A stretch of 64,000 nt of DNA, taken from Centroscyllium fabricii. Lineage: Eukaryota. The stretch covers positions 238,142,001 to 238,206,000 of the forward strand of contig JBNRSN020000001.1 in NCBI GenBank assembly GCA_051313645.2. The letters are read 5' to 3'. Position numbers and translations under genes: made by a program. Positions within the stretch are counted from its first letter, which is position 1. The number at the start of each line of letters is the position of its first letter. Shown piece by piece: positions 12,521 to 24,499 of this stretch. The notes under the pieces are model-generated. The model saw only the letters and a program-made list of their open reading frames with translations. It searched no databases and was not told the origin of the DNA.

Positions 12521-13533
12521 TTAACAGTTTGTTATCAGTCTCTCCGGCGGTCGCGTCTGCCTGAGGGACCGCCGGGGTGCCGGCGATGGTGGTGCCGGTT
12601 GCAGGGCTGGGGTCGTGCTCTCCGCCAACGGTGCTAGCGGTGCGGCGTCCGATCCCGGGTCATCGATCGGTGGTGTTGAGGGCCCCGGTGTGTGTATATG
12701 TGGGGGCCAGTATTCGGTGGGTGGTGGCTGGTCGAGCTGAGGCTCGACCAGGGGTTCTGCCATTGTGCTCCCGGCGGGCGCCAGATCCCTGATCGAGACC
12801 GTATCCTCGCGCCCGTCAGGGAACACCACGTAAGCATATTGCGGATTGGCGTGGAGCAGATGCACCCATTCCACCAGGGGGTCGGTCTTGTGGCCGCGGA
12901 CGGGCTTCCTAAGCAACACTGGCCCCTGCGCTGTGAGCCACAGCGGGAGTGCTGTCCCCAAAGTTGACTTCCTAGGGAAGGAAAACAACAGGTCATGAGG
13001 TGTGGCGTTAGTGGCGGTACACAACAGAGAGCGGATGGCATGGAGCGTGTCTGGGAGGACCTCCTGCCAACGGGAGACTGGAAGGCCTCTGGACTTCTGG
13101 CCCAGGTTGACCGCCTTCCAGATGGTCCCGTTCCCCCTTTCTACCTGGCCGTTCCCCCGGGGGTTGTAACTGGTCATTCTGCTTGAGGCATACACTTTCT
13201 GAAGCAGAAACTGACGCAGTTCGTCGCTCATGAACGACGACCCCCGGTCGCTATGGATATAGCTGCGGAGACCGAAAATGGCGAACAGCGTGGTGAAGTG
13301 TTTGATCACCGTTGCGCTCATCATATCTGGGCAGGGGAAGGCAAAGGGGAAGCGTGAGAACTCGTCTATGACCGTAAGGAAGTATGAGTTGCGGTCAGTG
13401 GAGGGGAGGGGGCTTTTGAAGTCCATGCTCTGGCGTTCAAAGGGGCGAGTGGCCTTGATGACGTGCGCCGTGTCTGGCCTGTAGAATTGGGTTTGCACTC
13501 AGCACAGACAGGGCACTCTTTGGTCATAGCCTT
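12521..13533 (-). pseudogene. pol: Gypsy B integrase (3' part of pol), frameshifted
   Basis: DFKSPLPS, VIDEFSRF, HSDRGSSF, GNGQVER. Confidence 0.9.
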
Positions 13534-13812
13534 TGTTACCGAATTAACGACCTCGGAGACGAGTTATTAAGAGGTGAAAACTATAGGCTTTTATTAGCTA
13601 AAGGTGGACATGCACCAGCTAGTCGACCGTCCCCAGGAATGGCTGGGGGAAGGGAGACGGCCACTTATATACCTGGTCCTGGGAGGGAGGAGTCACAGGC
13701 GGGGCCAGCATGGGCATGTCCAGGCAACGACACAGAGAGAACTATTATACAACATAGTGAAAAGGTGATTACAGTAATATATACATATATATACAAAGAG
13801 TGATTTACCACA
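13534..13812 (-). repeat. 3' LTR of Gypsy A
   Basis: Direct repeat of 17788-18066. Confidence 0.95.
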
Positions 13813-13869
13813 TTCACCCCTACTTTAAAACGAAAGTCCGGCGGGGTGAATGCAACAGTTCTTTTAATT

Positions 13870-16800
13870 TACAAGTTCAGTCTTTCAGGCGGCCTGGTAA
13901 GCCTGGTTGACCGGCGCACCGCTGGTGGTGGTGTCGGTGGACGTAAAATAGCCGGTTGAGTTGGTCATAGCGAGATCGGCGGTGGCGTTCGGTTCCTCGT
14001 CGGTGCCCTCGTGGTGACGGTTGGTGGCGCGCTCTCCCCCTCGTCATCTGACGCGTGCACAATGGAGCCATGCCGGGGGCCATGCCGTGCTGCCTACAGG
14101 TGCCGGGCGGACGTACTGAGGTGCTGGAGTCTCGTACTGGGTGGCGTACCTTGGTGCCGGTGGCCCCGGGGGGGGTGGTTGGCAGGCTGTGCGGCGGGGC
14201 TGGTTTTGGGGGCGCCCGCTGGTGCCAGGTCCTTGATGGACACGGTGTCCTCCCTCCCGTCGGGGTACGCCACGTATGCGTACTGGGGATTGGCGTGCAG
14301 GAGGTGGACCCGTTCGACCAGGGGGTCTGACTTGTGGCCCCTCACGTGCTTCCTGAGCAGGACTGGTCCCGGGGATGATAGCCATGACGGCAGCGAGGTC
14401 CCGGAAGCTGACTTCCTATGGAAGGCAACAAGTCGCTCGTGAGGGGTGGTGTTAGTGGCCATACAAAGGAGTGACCGGATGGAGTGGAGCGCTTCGGGGA
14501 GGACGTCCTGCCAGCGGGAGACTGGGAGGCCTTTAGACCGTAGGGCTAACAGGATGGCCTTCCAGACTGTGGCGTTCTCCCTCTCTACCTGTCCGTTCCC
14601 CCGGGGGTTGTAGCTGGTAGTCCTGCTAGTAGCGATGCCTTTAGCTAGCAGAAACTGACGCAACTCGTCACTCATGAAAGAGGCCCCCCGGTCGCTATGG
14701 ATGTAGCTGGGGTAGCCGAACAGGGAGAAAATGCTGTGGAGGGCCTTGATGACTGTGGCAGAGGTCATGTCCGGGCAGGGGATGGTGAAGGGGAAACGCG
14801 AGTACTCGTCGATGACGTTAAGAAAGTACACGTTTCTGTTGGACGAGGGAAGGGGCCCTTTAAAATCGACGCTGAGTCGTTCAAAGGGGCAGGTGGCCTT
14901 GATCAGGTGCGCCCGGTCTAGCCGAAAGAAGTGCGGCTTGCACTCCGCACAGACCTGGCAGTTCCTGGTCATGGTCTTGACCTCCTCGATGGAGATGGGG
15001 AGGTTGCAGGACTTAACAAAGTGGACCAACCTGGTGACCCCCGGGTGGCAGAGGTCGTTGTGCAGGGTTTGGAGACGGTCCACTTGTGCGCTGGCACATG
15101 TACCGCGAGAAAGGGCGTCTGGGGGTTCGTTGAATTTCCCGGGCCGGTACAAGATATCATAATTGAAAGCGGAGAGCTCAATTCTCCACCTCAGTATCTT
15201 GTCGTTCTTGATTTTACCCCGCTCTTTGTTGTTGAACATAAAAGCGACTGAGCGTTGGTCAGTCAGCAGGGTAAATCGTTTGCCGGCCAGGTAGTGCTTC
15301 CAGTGTCGCACTGCTTCAACAATGGCCTGGGCCTCCTTCTCGACTGAGGAGTGACGGGTCTCGGGGCCCTGGAGGGTACGTGAGAAGAAGGCCACGGGTC
15401 TGCCCGCCTGGTTAAGGGTGGCGGCCAGGGCAAAGTCCGATGCATCGCTCTCGACCTGGAACGGGACGGACTCGTCTACAGCGTGCATCGTTGCCTTTGC
15501 AATGTCGTCCTTAATGGCGCAGAGCGCCACGCGGGCATCTGCTGACAGGGGAAATGAGGTCGATTTAAGTAGTGGGCGGGCTTTGTCCGCATAGTTGGGG
15601 ACCCACTGGGCATAATAGGCGAAGAACCCCAGGCACCTTTTGAGGGCCTTGAGGGAGTGGGGGAGGGGGAGCTCCAGGAGGGGGCGCATGCGGTCCGGGT
15701 CGGGACCGATGACCCCATTCTCCACAACACTGCCGAGGATGGCGAGGCGGGTGGTCCTGAACACACATTTTTCTGTGTTATATGTCAGGTTCAGTGTTTT
15801 GGCGGTGTGGAGAAGTTTCTGGAGGTTGGCGTCATGGTCCTGCTGGTCGTGGCCGCAGATGGTCACGTTATCGAGATATGGAAAAGTGGCCCGCAGCCCG
15901 TACTGATTGACCATTCGGTCCATCTCCCTTTGGAAGACCGAGACCCCATTGGTGACGCCAAACGGGACCCTGAGGAAGTGATAGAGGCGGCCGTCAGCCT
16001 CGAAGGCAGTATAGAGACGGTCCTCGGGGCGTATGGGGAGCTGGTGATACGCAGACTTCAGATCTATAGTTGAGAAGACCCGAAACTGCGTGATCTGATT
16101 TACCATGTCCGCTATCCGGGGAAGGGGGTATGCGTCTAACTGGGTGAACCGGTTAATGGTCTGGCTGTAGTCCACAACCATCCGGTTCTTAGCTCCGGTC
16201 TTCACCACTACTACCTACGCCCTCCAAGGGCTATTACTGGCCTCGATGATCCCCTCCCTCAGGAGGCGCCTCACCTCGGACTTGATCCCGGCACTGTAGC
16301 ACCTACTTTTGGTGGCGACGGGCTTGCAGTCCGGGGTGAGGTTAGCAAAGAGCGAGGGAGGGGCGACCTTAAGGGTCGAGAGGCCACAGGTAGCGCGCTG
16401 AGGATGCTGTGGGGAGCGCTGGTTGCAGATCGTGAGCGGGGGAAGTGGCCCACCGTACGCCATGGTAATGCTCTGGAGGTGGCACTGGAAGTCCAGGCCC
16501 AGTAATAATGGAGTGCAGAGCTGCGGCAGCACGAATAATTTGAAATTGCTAAAGTGCACGCCCCGTACCGTTAGAGTCACCGCGCAACGTCCGGAGACGT
16601 CCGTGGATTCCGACTTTGATGCCATAGAGATCTTTTGGCTCGCCGGCGTAACCTTAAGAGAGAGGCGCCTTACCGTTTCTGGGTGGACGAAACTTGCCGT
16701 ACTCCCGCTGTCGAAGAGGCACTCGATGTTCCGCCCGTTCACTTCCACCGTCATCATCGACCTGCTGAGTGGTTGTGCCTTGTTCTGATCCAAGGTGATG

Positions 16801-17765
16801 GATGCCAGTGTCGGGTCGGTCGAGTCATCTTGATCCGTTGAGAAGTCGCCTGGGGCCTGGCCCCAAGATGGCTGCCGCCATGTGGTGTACTGCGGAGGGG
16901 GTGGCTGAGACCAAGATTGCGTCTGCTGCCACGCGGTGGGCCGTGTTGAAGATGGCTGTGTCCAAGATGGCTGCCCCCATGGCCCACACGTAGCACTGCC
17001 CGGTTTCGATTGCAGCATTGCAGTTGCTCTGCAGACTTTGGCATAGTGTCCCTTCTTGCCGCATTTTGAGCAGGCCGCGTCTCTTGCCGGTCAGTTCCGT
17101 CTAGGGTGCTGAGACTGCCCGCAGAAGTAACATTTGGCCGTCTTAGAATGAGCGGCCGCAGTCATCTCTTCCGCCGGTCGCGGCGCCGGCGATGACCAAG
17201 TTGTCGGGGCTGGGCCCGCGTAGTTGCCGGAATATGATGACAAATTTAGAGATGCCACATCCAGCGCGTTGCCCAGATCCGCTGTCGCCTGCAGGTCAAG
17301 GCCGTTCTGTTCTAATAGCCTTTGTCTGATATAGTCCGACCTGAGGCCAGTCACATACGCGTCCCTGATCAGGCTGTCCACGTTGACCTGGGCCGATTGC
17401 GATCTGCAGTTACAGGCCCGGGAGACTACTCTCAGCGCGCATAAGAACTCCACACTGGACTCACCGGGTTGCTGTCTTCTGGTAGCCAGGAGGTGTCTGG
17501 CGTGGACGATGTTGGGTGGCCGGTTGTACTCCGCTTTGAGGATCCGGATTGCATCTAAGTATGATGATGCGTCTACGATCATGGAGTATACCTGAGGGCC
17601 CACCCGGGCATTGAGGAGACGCAGTTTGTCCTCCTCGTTCCTGATGACCGCCGCGTTCGCCTTGATGAATGCATCAAAGCAGTCGAACCAGTGCGTAAAG
17701 GTATTTGATGCGCCTGGTGTCTGGGGGTCCAGCTCGAACGTTGCTGGTTTGAGCATCGATTCCAT
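13870..17765 (-). pseudogene. gag-pol: Gypsy A single-frame gag-pol with two in-frame stops and a late frameshift
   Basis: ORFs 17091-17771, 16215-17018 and 14094-16208 share one frame; CCHC knuckle, LFDSGS protease, YLDN RT, DASD RNase H, HHCC/DDE integrase. Confidence 0.92.
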
Positions 17766-17787
17766 CGTCAAATTTAGCTAATAAAAT

Positions 17788-18066
17788 TGTTACCGAATTA
17801 ACGACCTCGGAGACGAGTTATTAAGAGGTGAAAACTATAGGCTTTTATTCGCTAAAGGTGGACATGCACCAGCTAGTCGACCGTCCCCAGGAATGGCTGG
17901 GGGAAGGGAGACGGTCGCTTATATACCTGGTCCTGGGAGGGTGGAGTCACAGGCGGGGCCAGCATGGGCATGTCCAGGCAACTACACACAGAGAACTATT
18001 ATACAACATAGTGAAAAGGTGATTACAGTAATATATACATATATATACAAAGAGTGGTTTACCACA
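17788..18066 (-). repeat. 5' LTR of Gypsy A
   Basis: TATA-like motif about 17920; AATAAA about 17845 on the - strand. Confidence 0.95.
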
Positions 18067-21000
18067 GCCTTAATCTCCGTGATGGAGTAGGGGAGGCTAC
18101 ATGATTTGACGAAGTGGGCGACTCTGGTGACACCCGGGTGGCAGAGGCGATCGTGGAGGGCCTTCAGCCGGTCAAGCTGGGCGCTGGGGTATGTTCCCCT
18201 GGACAGTGCATCCGGGGGTTCGTTGAGCTTGCCTGGATGGTAAAGAATGTCATACTCATCAGTCCAGAGTTCGATCCGCCACCGAAGGATCTTATCATTC
18301 TTGATTTTACCCCGTTGCTTATTGTTAAACATAAACGCTGTTGGTCGGTGAGCAGGGTAAAACGCTTACCGGCCAGGTAATGACGCCAGTAGCGCACTGC
18401 CTCCACGATGGCCTGGGCCTCCTTCTCCACTGCTGAGTGGCGAGTTTCGGGTTCCTGTAGGGTCCCGGAGAAAAACGCTACGGGCCTGCCTGCCTGGTTC
18501 AGGGTGGCGGCAAGGGCGAAGTCCGAAGTGTCACTTTCCACCTGGAAAGGGATGGACTCATCAACGGCGTGCATGGTCGCTTTGATGATGTCTTCCTTAA
18601 CCCGAGCGAATGTCGTTTGGGCTTCTGCCGAGAGGGGGAAGACGTCGGCCTTGAGGAGCGTCTGGCCTTATCCGCGTACTGGGGGACCCATTGCGCGTAA
18701 TAAGAAAAGAACCCTAGATATCTCCGCAGGGCTTTGGAGTTGTGAGGTAAGGGCAGCTCTTGCAAGGGGCGCATACGCTGTGGATCGGGGCCGAGGACCT
18801 CGTTTTCCACCACGTTTCTGAGGACAGCGAGCCGGTCCGTACTAAAGATACACTTGTCTTTATTGTACGTTATGTCCAGCCATTTCGCTGCGAGCAGGAA
18901 TTTGGCGAGGTTGGCATCATGATCCTGCTGGTCATGGCCGCAGATGGTCACGTTATCCAGGTAAGGGAAAGTGGCCTGCAACCCATTCTGGTCAACCATG
19001 CGGTCCATCTCCCTCTGGAACACCGACACTCCATTGGTCACACCAAAGGGGACCCGGAGGAAGTGGTAGAGCCGGCCGTTCGGCTCGAAGGCGGTGTACT
19101 GGCGGATAGATTTCCGGATGGGGAGTTGGTGATACGCCGACTTGAGGTCGACTGTGGAAAAGACCTTGTACTGTGCGATCTGGTTCACCATGTCCGAGAT
19201 GCGGGGGAGGGGGTAGGCGTCGAGCCCGGTGTAGCAGTTAATCGTCTGGCTATAGTCAATGACCATGCGCAGTTTCTCGCCCGTCTTAACCACCACGACC
19301 TGGGCCCGCCAGGGGCTGGTGCTGACCTCAATGATCCCTTCTTTCAGCATGCGCTCGACCTCCGACCTGATGAACGCCTGGTCCCCTGCACTGTAACGCC
19401 GACTTTTGGTAGCAATGGGCTTGCATTTGGGGTCGAGATTGGCGAACAGCGAGGGGGGGTCGACTTTTAATGTGGACAGGCTGCAAGTCGAGCTCCGCGT
19501 TAAGTTGGGATTGTCCTGGCTACTGACGGTGAGGGGGGCCAGGGTCCCACCGAAATCCATCATCACGCTCTTCAGGTGACACTGGAAATCCAGTCCCAGT
19601 AATACTGGGGCGCACAGCTGCTGGAGTATGTACAACTTAAAGTTGCGGTAAATGCAGTCCCTGATCGTGAGCGTGACGCTGCAGTACCCGGTGACGTCCG
19701 CCGTGTGGGACTTTGAGGCAAGGGAGACTTGGTAGTGCGCGGGCCGGGTCTGCAGTGCGTAGCGCCGCTCTGTGTCGGGATGTATAAAGCTCTCTGTGCT
19801 ACCGGTGTCGAACAGGCAGTTAGTGGCGTGCCCGTCCACCTTTATCCCCATCATGGAGTTGGATAAGGTGTGCGGCCTAGCCTGATCAACGGTGGCTGAG
19901 GTCAAAGTGTATGTGTGTGTGTGGGGGCCCTCCACTAGCTGGGGCCCCGGCTGGGGCGGTTGGCAAGATGGCCACTCGGAAGATGGCGGCGCCGGCGATT
20001 CGCAAGTGTCCGGCTGCTGTGGACAAGATGGCGGCGCCCGTTGTTCACACGCGGCTGGCCGCTGTGGACAAGATGGCGGTGCCCGTGGTTCATACGCGGC
20101 CGACCGCTGTGGGCAAGATGGCGGCGCCGGGGGTCGCACATGGTAGGTCGCGGTCACGTTTGTGATGGCGGCGCCTGTGCCACGCGCGCGGCCGGCCTCC
20201 TCCGTATAGTTAAAGGGGGTGGAGGCGCCCGCGATTTACCCCCGGCTGACCGCTGCTGGGTCGCGCTGCAACACCGTACCTGTAGCCACGGAGTGGCGTC
20301 GTTGTTCTCACAGGCCGTGCTGTTGGGTCTGGAGGTGGAGGCCGGGCTCGATCTGCATGCCTTAGCATAGTGTCTCTTCTTCGCGCACCGTGCGCAGGTC
20401 GCATTCTTCGCGGGGCACTGCGCCCGCGGGTGCTTTCCTTGGCCGCAGAAGTAGCATCTGTGCCCCTTTGCAGTCGCCGCTGCCGTCGTGGGGTCCTCGG
20501 CCCACTCCTGTGTCGCCCAGGGGTCAGGGGTGCCCGTGTGTGAGTCGTGGTCCCTGTACGTGTCCATCTTCCGAAGCGCTCCGTTCACCGCATTAGAAAG
20601 GGTTATCGCGGACTCAAGCGACAGTGTGTCCTGCTCCAGCAGCCGCTGGTGTGCCTGGCTGGATCTGAGTCCTGCAACATAGGCATCGCAGATTAGGAGG
20701 TTCGCTTCTTCCTCCGCTGTCCTTGCCTTGCAGTCGCAGGCCCGTGTGAGGGCTTGAAGCGCTAGCAGAAATTCTTCATTAGACTCACCGAGTCGTTGTC
20801 TTCTGGTCGCCAGAACATGCCTGGCATAGACCGAGTGGGCCGGGCGCATGTAGCTGTCCTTCAATTTCTTGACCGCTTCCTCGTAAGTCTTGAGGCCGCG
20901 GATAAAGGAGTACACCCGGCCGCTGATCCGTGATGAGAGTACCTGGAGTTTGTCCTCAACACTCGTCGCCTTTACGGCCTTCATGTAGGCCTCGACCAGG

Positions 21001-21086
21001 CCAAACCAGTGTTCAAAATCGTTAGCAGCATCGGGCGCCTGACGATTTATATTAAGGCGATCCGATCTCACTGCGTTGCTCTCCAT
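18067..21086 (-). pseudogene. gag-pol: Gypsy B gag, protease, RT, RNase H (frameshifted)
   Basis: CYFCGQGKH/CARCAKKRHYAKAC knuckles, LFDTGS, YLDN, ESDTSD. Confidence 0.92.
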
Positions 21087-21111
21087 GTTTAAAAAAATTA
21101 GTTCATAAAAT

Positions 21112-21348
21112 TGACGTATCGTCAATTAATCATAAAATGACGAGTAGTTACCTAAACTACAGGCTTTTATTAACTAAGAATGGAGCTGGTCTCCTGATGA
21201 GGTCAAGGTGAAGAATGAGCGGGGGCAGGGCAGCCCTCACCTATATACTCTGACCTGAGGGGAGGAGTTAGGGGTGTGGCTGACCTGGCCTACAATATTA
21301 TACAGGTAGACCAGCAACTATGTACAGTGGTTATACACAGTTACCACA
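21112..21348 (-). repeat. 5' LTR of Gypsy B
   Basis: Direct repeat of 12205-12440. Confidence 0.95.
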
Positions 21349-22875
21349 CAGATACTGGAGTTTTTTGTTAGAGTTCAGGAGACTGACAGCCCTGGGGAAG
21401 AAGCTGTTCTTGAATCTGGTCGTGCGGGTGCGAATTGGTCTGTAGCGTCTCCCGGAGGGCAGGGGGGCGAACAGACTATGGCTGGGGTGTGTGGGGTCTT
21501 TAATAATGTCCTGAGACCTCCGTAGGCAGCGTTTGAGGTAGGTGCATTCAATTGATGGTAGCTGGGTGCCGGTGATTCGTTGGGCAGTTTTGACTACCCA
21601 CTGCAGGGCCATCCGGTCCGAGATGGTGCAGTTTCCATACCAAACTGTGATGCAGCTTGTCAGTATGCTTTCGATTGTGCAGCGGTAGAAGTTGGTGAGG
21701 ATGCCGGATGTCAGCTTGGCCTTTTTCAGCTTCCTTAGGAAGTACAGGCGCTGTTGGGCCTTCTTGATCAGAGAGGAGGTGTTTAGTGGCCAGGAGAGGT
21801 CTTCCGAGATGTGGACCCCGAGGAACATAAAGCTGGACACCCTTTCCACCTCAGCCCGTTGGATGAAGATGGGGGTGTGTCTTCTGCTTTTAGTCTTCCG
21901 GAAGTCCACTATGATCTCCTTGGTTTTCTTGGTGTTTAGTGCCAGGTTGTTGTCAGCACACCATCCCACAAGGCGCTGAATCTCATCCCTGTAGGCTGAC
22001 TCATCGTTGTTGGTGATCTGGCAACCACTGTGGTGTCATCCGCAAACTTGATGATCATGTTGGAGCCATGGACAGCCACACAGTCGTGGGTGAGGAGTGA
22101 GTAGAGGAGGGGTCTCAGTACACAGCCTTGTGGGGCCCCCGTGTTCAGGGTAAGGGGGGGGAGGTGAGGTTGCCTAACTTCACAGACTGTGGTCTGTTGG
22201 TTAGGAAGTCCAGGGTCCAGTTGCAGAGGGAGGTGTTCAGGCAAAGGGTGAGGAGTTTGGTAGACAACTTGCTGGGGACGATAGTGTTGAATGCTGAGCT
22301 GTAGTCTATAAACAGCATTCTGATATATGTATCTTTGCCATCCAGGTGGTTTAGTGCAGAGTGAAGAGCCGTAGTGATTGCATCTTCCGTTGATCTGTTT
22401 CCTCGATAGGCGAACTGGTATTGGTCGAGGGTGGCGGGGACGCTGGCTTTGATGTGGGCTCGGACCAGCCGCTCAAAACACTTCATGGTTATGGGTGTGA
22501 GTGCGACAGGGCGGTAGTCGTTCAGGCACGTCACGGCCGTTTTCTTGGACACAGGGATGATGGCGCGAGGCAAAAGGAGATGGTAATAGGACAAGTAGAG
22601 AAACAAAAGATAGGTCTGGAGGAGGTGTAAATGGGAATATCAGAGTCATCAGCAACAGCTGCCGTCCAAAAAAAACCAATGGGAGCAGAGATTATGATCT
22701 GAAATTGTTCAACTCAATGTTGAGTCCGGAAGGCAGTAAAGTGCCGAATAGAAAGATGAGGTGCTGTTCCTCGGGCTTTCGTTGAATTTTATTGGAATAG
22801 TGTAGGAGGCCTAGGATGGAGAGGTCAGAGTGGGAGTGGAGCGTAGAATTAAAATGACAGGCAACCGGAAGCTGT

Positions 22876-23711
22876 GGGGGGATTTTCCTCGGTCCGTGAG
22901 GGTGGTGATCCGGCGGGGCGAGGCCTAAACTCGCGGAACCGGGGGGGTCCCGCCCCCCGCCCCCCGCCCCCCGCCCCCCACCACCCCCCGCCACCCCCCC
23001 CCCCCGCCGGATTACTGCCAGCTTATAAGTTTCGGGCAGCGTGTCCCGAAACGTTCCCGCCCACCGCCGGCAGGGATGCTAGTTAAAGTAGTTGAGGGCC
23101 CTTAATTGGTCTGCAAAATGCCATTTTAACGGCCCTCATCTATTTTCCACTCCTTCCCACCCAAACCCCGCCATCCTAAAACCCCGCTGGTGAAAATCCA
23201 GCAGGAGCACAGTGGTCTTGGTAACTTTCTCCTTCAAGGTGTTGAAGAACCTAGAGCAGAATACTTTCCAGGCCTTCAACACCCTGGAGGTGTAAATGAC
23301 TCCCTTGTGTGAAGACCAGCTGTGGGAAAAAAAATTAAAAATCTTACCTGACAGCTCCATTGACAGCCGGTTCCTAGCTGTCAAAGATTTGCAGCCCGCC
23401 CGCCCACCTGTCACTCAGAGCACTTGGCCTTTCCCATTGGTTGCACTCCGCTGTGATGTCACAGTGGAGTGTTTCCATGGGAACTGTAAACACACAGTCC
23501 CCGCAGCTGTCTGTCAACCTCCTAGAATCCCGCTGCAGCTCCATAATTGCTGACTCGACTGAGGCAATTACATGGGGTTCCCCGCACGCAGGGATTTAAT
23601 TGAGCAATTAAAGGAAAATAGCGTCGGCTTTCCAGGCCCTTGGGCAGGCAGGACAGGAACCCGCCCCGACCAATCCCCGCCAGGTTCCCGTATCTCCGGG
23701 AAAGATCCCCC
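22876..23711. mobile_element. MITE, same family as 2275-2918
   Basis: TIRs GGGGGGATTTTCC / GGAAAGATCCCCC; shared internal blocks. Confidence 0.75.
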
Positions 23712-24413
23712 TTAGAGTCATGCTTGGGGACCGAACAAAGGTGTTCTGCAAAGCAGTCATCCAATTTTCATTCGTTCTCCCTAGTGTAGAGGAGGTCGCA
23801 TTGTGAGCACTGAAGACAGTATACTAAATTGAAATAAGTACAAGTAAATCGCTGTTTCACCTGGAAGGAGTGTTTGGGACTCTGGATGGTGGGAAGGAAG
23901 TGGTAAAAGGGCAGATGTTTCATCTCCTGCCCTTGCAGCAGAAGATGCCATGGGAAGGGGAGTGGGTGTTAGGGGTGATTCATTGAATGTGGAGGCTGGT
24001 GGGTGGAAGGTGAAGACAAGGGGGGCCCTATTGTGGTTCTGAAGCGAGAGGAAAGGGTGAGAGCAGAAGTGAGGGAAATGGAACGGACACAGTCTTCCTG
24101 GATGTATGTGCTAAAATAGAACGAAAGGCCTACCTAACCTATTGTAGCGGTACTATATCTATTCTTTTGTGGCGACACGCCCACTGGGGCATCGAATCCG
24201 CCACGGGGACTCCGCGGAGCAAAGCTTCGCTCATCCGGGTGACGCGACAACGTCACCACGTCGGTCGACGCGATGACGTCACCAACCGCGGGACCGTTTA
24301 AATATGCCTGTCTCGAGTGGTTCTCTCTCTTTCTTGTTTTGTACTAGTTGATTAAAGCTGTGTTCTCTCTAGCTCTGGCTCACGTGTGGTTCCTAGGCCT
24401 GCCGGCGCTACAG

Positions 24414-24425
24414 TGGTGACCCCGA
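24414..24425 (+). promoter_or_regulatory. Primer-binding site complementary to the 3' end of tRNA-Trp
   Basis: TGGTGACCCCGA one base after the 5' LTR. Confidence 0.85.
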
Positions 24426-24499
24426 ACTGGAACGACTTCCAGAGAAGGAAAGCTGCCGCAGGATCTGGGACCACCAGCCAAAGACTTTTATCAGAGAAC

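Larger units (their letters stand above)
13534..18066 (-). mobile_element. Ty3/Gypsy LTR retrotransposon A, nested in the integrase zinc-finger region of B
   Basis: LTRs 17788-18066 (5') and 13534-13812 (3'); TSD GCCTT. Confidence 0.95.
12205..21348 (-). mobile_element. Ty3/Gypsy LTR retrotransposon B (contains element A)
   Basis: LTRs 21112-21348 (5') and 12205-12440 (3'), TG..CA ends, TSD CAGAT; PPT next to the 3' LTR. Confidence 0.95.
12064..22568 (-). mobile_element. Rex-Babar LINE (12064-12204 + 21349-22568), split by Gypsy B
   Basis: RT motifs [36 protein letters not shown]; (TTGAA)n tail; TSD GGCAAAA (12057-63 / 22569-75). Confidence 0.9.
11840..24090 (-). mobile_element. Penelope-like element remnant (11840-12063, 22569-22875, 23712-24090), outermost layer of a nest
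   Basis: GIY-YIG-region peptides LDDCFAEHL and PVACHFNS...EEQHLIF..GTLLPSGLN; split by the Rex LINE and a MITE. Confidence 0.75.

Noticed and set aside
18760-19470. Long antisense ORFs over pol (also 37385-38200, 27037-27678)
   Set aside because: Expected shadow ORFs of GC-rich coding sequence; no motifs, and boundaries are not conserved between copies
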